Assembly: GCA_951406725.2 (NCBI GenBank)
Contig: OX597815.1
Location: 43,524,001 to 43,588,000 of the forward strand
Direction: 5' to 3'
From: Octopus vulgaris
Lineage: Eukaryota
Length of the DNA stretch: 64,000 nucleotides
Part shown: positions 58,916 through 64,000 of the stretch, piece by piece
How the letters are laid out: each line of letters starts with the position of its first letter
Numbering within the stretch: position 1 is the stretch's first letter
Position numbers and translations under genes: made by a program
The notes under the pieces: model-generated
Seen by the model: only the letters and a program-made list of their open reading frames with translations
What the model was told of the DNA's origin: nothing
Database searches by the model: none

Positions 58916-59183
58916 TGTGTGTGTGTGTGTGGCCGCGAGCGTCTATATGTATATGTAGTATACCCACAAATTTATCAGCTGATATTATCATATAAAAGAG
59001 CCCACAAAGAAATGCTTTTTATCTGCTGTGACTCATTATTTGTTTGAAATTTCTGGCTCACAGTGTATCTAATACCAAATTAATCAATACTAATAACAGC
59101 TGTCGATGAATGAGCGTTATTGCAACACTTAAGCAGCCGGTGACAATATAGAAACAAACATATGCAATATGTACTGAATATAG

Positions 59184-59956
59184 GGCAGCGAACTGGCAGA
59201 AACGTTAGCACGCCGGGCGAAATGCTTAGCCGTATTTCGACTGCCGTTACGTTCTGAGTTCAAATTCTGCTGAGGTCGACTTTGCCTTTCATCCTTTCGG
59301 GGTCGATTAAATAAGTACCAGGTACGTACTGGAGTCGATATAATCGACTTAATCCGTTTGTCTGTCCTTGTTTGTCCCCTCTGTGTTTAGCCCTTTGTGG
59401 TTAGTAAAGAAATAGAAATAGGTATTTCGTCTGCCGCTACGATCTGAGTTCAAATTCCGTGGAGGTTGACTTTGCCGTTCATCCGTTCGGGGTCGATTGA
59501 ATAAGTATCAGATACGCACTGGGGGCAATATAATCGACTTAATCCTTTTGTCTGTCCTTGTTTGTCTCCTCTGTGTTTAGCCCCTTGTGGGTAGTAAAGA
59601 AATAGGTATTTCGTCTGCCGCTTCGTTCTGAGTTCAAATTCCGCCGATGTCGACTTTGTCTTTCATCCTTTCGGGGTCGATTAAATAAGTACCAGTTACG
59701 CACTGGGGTCGATATAATCGACTTAATCCTTTTGTCTGTCCTTGTTTGTCCCCTCTGTGTTTAGCCCCTTGTGGGTAGTAAAGAAATAGGTATTTCGTCT
59801 GCCGCTTCGTTCTGAGTTCAAATTCCGCCGATGTCGACTTTGCCTTTCATCATTTCGGGCTAAATAAATCAAGTACCAGTTGTGTACTGGGGTCGATCTA
59901 ATCGACTGACCACCTCACCAAAATTTTCAGGCCTTGTGCCTTGAGTAGAAAAGAAT
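59184..59956 (+). mobile_element. SINE family A tetramer (3x tail A, final tail B), period ~183 bp
   Basis: Units restart at GGTATTTCGTCTGCC (~59421, 59605, 59789). Imperfect flanking repeat AATAT...GAATATA. Confidence 0.9.
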
Positions 59957-60447
59957 ATTGCCGAATATACCCTGCATTGTTAAAAGGAATTAACCGTTAC
60001 ATAAAGGCTTATTGTAATCGTAACAGAAATATGTTTTCATATGTACCGTAGTATAAATTTAATTAGTAATATACAGTATTAAATACAGACATCTCGACAC
60101 CGCTTAGTTTGGCCTTACACTAATATTATTACTAAATATATGAGTCATGCTCTATCTTAAATTTTCTACTTGTCTCAGTCAGTAAACTGCAAAGTCATAC
60201 CGGGTCACCGCTTTGAAATGCTTTAGCCGAAAAATTTGACTCCACAATTTAATATTTTTAAGACTAGTACTTATCCTATCGGTCTGTTATGCAGAGCTGC
60301 TAAGTTACGAGGTCGTAGACAAACGACATATATATACATATATATGTGTGTGTATGTATATACTTTAGAGAAAAACCACTATTAAACAATTCAATAAAGA
60401 TGTTATTCACACCATATAGAAATAAGTTTGGGAATTATATTCCCTAC

Positions 60448-60512
<65 letters not shown>

Positions 60513-60518
60513 GTATAC

Positions 60519-60591
<73 letters not shown>

Positions 60592-60737
60592 TTCAGCAAA
60601 AATTTAGATTCGAATGAATATGGCACTTAATTTAGATGCACTACAATTTTGTATGGTGTTATCCATAAAAATTTGTGGTGTGATTATAATCAAAATAAGC
60701 AACAAGAATGACTCCGGTAATTTAGTACAATTGTTTC

Positions 60738-60800
<63 letters not shown>

Positions 60801-60898
60801 TTCGCTCCTAAGCCTGGTTCTGGGTGTGTGTATATATATATATATATCTATATCTATGTATATATAAATGTATATATATATATATATATGTATGAATA

Positions 60899-60951
<53 letters not shown>

Positions 60952-60954
<3 letters not shown>

Positions 60955-61712
60955 CAGAGCCACGCTTAGGAGTGAAATTTAGGATTTTGGGGTTTTATCT
61001 GTGAATTTTGATAGAACGTTTCTCAGCTGGTTTTCACACTATGGCAACACCATTGTTCTGCTTTTATTAATCTATGTAACGTCCTTTCTTTTTTATTTCA
61101 GATTCTTCGGTTTTTGAGTGAACCACACTAATAGCTTTTGAATGAAAATACCCTGTGTAGACACTTTTTTTTTCCTTCAGAAAAGGAAGGGTAAGCATGT
61201 GTTGGGTATATATTTAACAGAAAACTATAATAATATTATAACATTTATTGACATGATGAATTATTTAGCCACATGAGCGCTGTTTCGACGGATAACTAGA
61301 AAACCCAATTAGCCATAGAATTTGTCAATTTCTTAATAGTAGCAGGTTGGGCTGCCTCTGCTGCAGCTTTAATGGTCGCCCATAAAACATATTTCAACGT
61401 AAACTGGCGTCCATCAGCATAAGCATCTTGTTTAATCACGGACCAAAGATTTTCGATAGGGCTGAGATCTGGAGATGCTGGCGACCACACTATCAACCTT
61501 TTATTTTGCATGCCGTATGACCCTAGTAATGCTTGGGTGGTCCTGGCAAAATTGGATGGAGCGTTGTCGTGCATAAATACAAGATTCCATAAAAGTGACA
61601 GCAGTATATCATCTATCCAGGGATGAAAGACCTCCTTCTGTCAATTGCAGTAGGCGGCTGTGGTCACTTTGACCCCTTCAGGCACCCTGACTAGATCAAC
61701 AGGTCTGTCCCC
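60952..61712 (-). pseudogene. Tc1-like DD37E (TRT-type) transposase 3' fragment
   Basis: RVPEGVKVT...FMHDNAPS...WSPASPDLSPIENLWSVIKQ...GRQF. I count 37 residues between the second D and the E. The 5' side is cut off by a SINE at ~61715. Confidence 0.8.
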
Positions 61713-61956
61713 AACGAAACCTTATTCTTTCTTAGCCTTTTACTTATTCTGTCGGTCTCTTTTGCCGAACCGCAAATTTACGAGGGCATAAACACACCAA
61801 CATTGGTTGTCAAGTGGTGATGGGTTCCTCTCAGTTTCAGTTCACCAAATTCACTCACAAGGGTTTGGCCGGCCAGAGGCTAAAGTAGTAGACTCTTGCT
61901 CAAAGTGCCATGCAGTGGGACTGAACCCGGAACCATGTGGTAAGGAAGCAAGCTTC

Positions 61957-62263
61957 CGAGTTCAAATTCCGCCGAAGTCGACTTTGCCTTTCATCCTTTC
62001 GGGGTCGATTAAATAAGTACCAGTTACGCACTGGAGTCGATATAATCGACTTAATCCGTTTGTCTGTCCTTGTTTGTCCTCTCTGTGTTTAGCCCCTTGT
62101 GGGTAGTAAAGAAATAGATATTTCGTCTGCTGCTACGTTCTGAGTTCAAATTCCGCCGAGGTCAACTTAAGGTCAAATTAAGTACCAGTTGCATACTGGG
62201 GTCGATCTAATCGATTTCCCTCTTCCCCCAAAATGTCAGGCTTTGTGCTTAGAGTAGAAAGAG
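61957..62263 (+). mobile_element. SINE family A dimer (tail A, tail B)
   Basis: Same internal junction as the other multimers. Adjacent to a minus-strand family C copy (61715-61950). Confidence 0.85.
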
Positions 62264-62643
62264 TATATGAATATTGCGCCTTATTTTGGTAAACTCTATG
62301 GATACAAATGTAAAAGTCGCACCAGCTTAATCTGAACACAGATGAAACAAAATTACACACACCAAGAAGTGAGTAGCTCTGTCTGTGATCGTTCGACTTG
62401 CTATAAACGGGAAGGAAAATCTCCCTTAAATCATGTACCACCGTTATGAACGGGAATGAACCTCCTATATGAAGTACTAAATATCAATGTAAGAATGCCT
62501 TTGTTCATAAATCAATAAAATACCGTACGACATTTTGTCCGACTCTCTCTCTCCCTCTCTGACTCTCTCTCCCTCTCTCACTCTCTCTCCCTCACTCTCA
62601 CGTTCTGTTTCTTGCTATTTGTGCTTTACACAAACACACACAC

Positions 62644-62699
<56 letters not shown>

Positions 62700-62712
62700 T
62701 TATACATGCATG

Positions 62713-62761
<49 letters not shown>

Positions 62762-63019
62762 ATATGCATATATACAAGTACAGCCAGCCCTCAATCGTGT
62801 CAAGCATAGCTCGATACCATGCACCGTGTTTCGTAAACTGTTTTAGACGCTTATATAATCAGGGGCAGACATAGAGGCTCCCTCTCGCAACCCCACCCTT
62901 AACCCAGCGGCAGATCCAGATTGTGACAGCTGCGGGGAAGGGGGAGATAAAGGGGGGATAGAGAGGGAGCGAAGAGAGGGAAGAGGAAGAGAGGGGATAA
63001 AGAAGGGAGAGAGAAGGGT

Positions 63020-63088
<69 letters not shown>

Positions 63089-63404
63089 ACCAACTGTCAA
63101 TTGGCATTCATTTACAGCTAAGCAACCTGGAGCAATATAAAATCTATGTGCCTTACGCAATCCAGATTTGAACCCACAGCTTTCAGATCGTGAATCGAAC
63201 ATTCTTAGCCATTGGGAGAAGCGCCGTCACACACGAGCACGCACACATAAATAGGTGCACTTATATCCATACTCCTCATTTTTCCATTCTCCTCTTTTTC
63301 ATTCTCTTCATCGAATCGAGGCCAATTGAAGAAACTCGAGCTCCAAAGATGCTTATCCTCCACACGTTCTTGTCCAACGTGCCAGAGCATTTACATGCAC
63401 GCCT

Positions 63405-63471
63405 ACATACTTACATACATACATACATACATACATACAAACATACATACCTACATACATACATACATACA

Positions 63472-63502
<31 letters not shown>

Positions 63503-63747
63503 GTACATACATACATACATACGTACATATATACATACATACATACATACATACATACATACATACATACATACACACATGCATACATACATAAACATAC
63601 ATACATACATACGTACATACATACGTACATACATACATGCATGTATACATACATACATGCATACATGCATAAACATACGTACATACATACATACGTACGT
63701 ACATACATACATACATACGTACGTACGTACATACATACATACATACA

Positions 63748-63778
<31 letters not shown>

Positions 63779-64000
63779 GTACATACATACATACGTACAT
63801 ACATACATACATACATACACACATGCATACATAAACATACATACATACATACGTACATACATACGTACATACATACGTACATACATACATACATGTATAC
63901 ATACATGCATACATGCATAAACATACATACGTACGTACATACATACGTACATACGTACATACATACATACATACATACATACGTACATACATACATACAT
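63405..64000. repeat. (ACAT)n/(ACGT) compound satellite
   Basis: Tetranucleotide array running to the window end, with a recurring variant block. Confidence 0.95.

Noticed and set aside
59184-59956. CRISPR-like or retrozyme-like array
   Set aside because: There are no unique spacers or cas genes, and the context is eukaryotic. The units are SINE-derived and I find no hammerhead core in them.

Overview
This is AT-rich, microsatellite-saturated animal (eukaryotic) DNA with no convincing host protein-coding gene. The SINE families and a GC-rich, expanded 18S rRNA V4 fragment fit an octopod cephalopod best (inference). Nearly all listed ORFs are artefacts of microsatellites or SINEs. The only long real ORF is a 5'-truncated but uninterrupted non-LTR retrotransposon (RT, CCHC knuckle, restriction-like endonuclease; Dong/R4-like; 32726-35051) inserted in a (TAA)n tract. 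Other content: degenerate L1/Tx1-, Penelope-, mariner-, TRT(DD37E)- and Chapaev3-type fossils, a pogo/Tigger-like MITE, about four tRNA-headed SINE families (labelled A-D here) and a dispersed 18S fragment. Most notable signals: (1) many minimal hammerhead-ribozyme folds, one with a compensatory G3-C8 core swap, repeatedly sitting at fold-back junctions; (2) a TAA-microsatellite landing-pad system comprising the LINE, a second RLE family and a ~550-bp non-coding passenger element; (3) a SINE whose tail matches Tx1-like 3' ends and that forms multimers with a fixed junction. All motifs and translations were read by eye, and coordinates of degenerate repeats are approximate.
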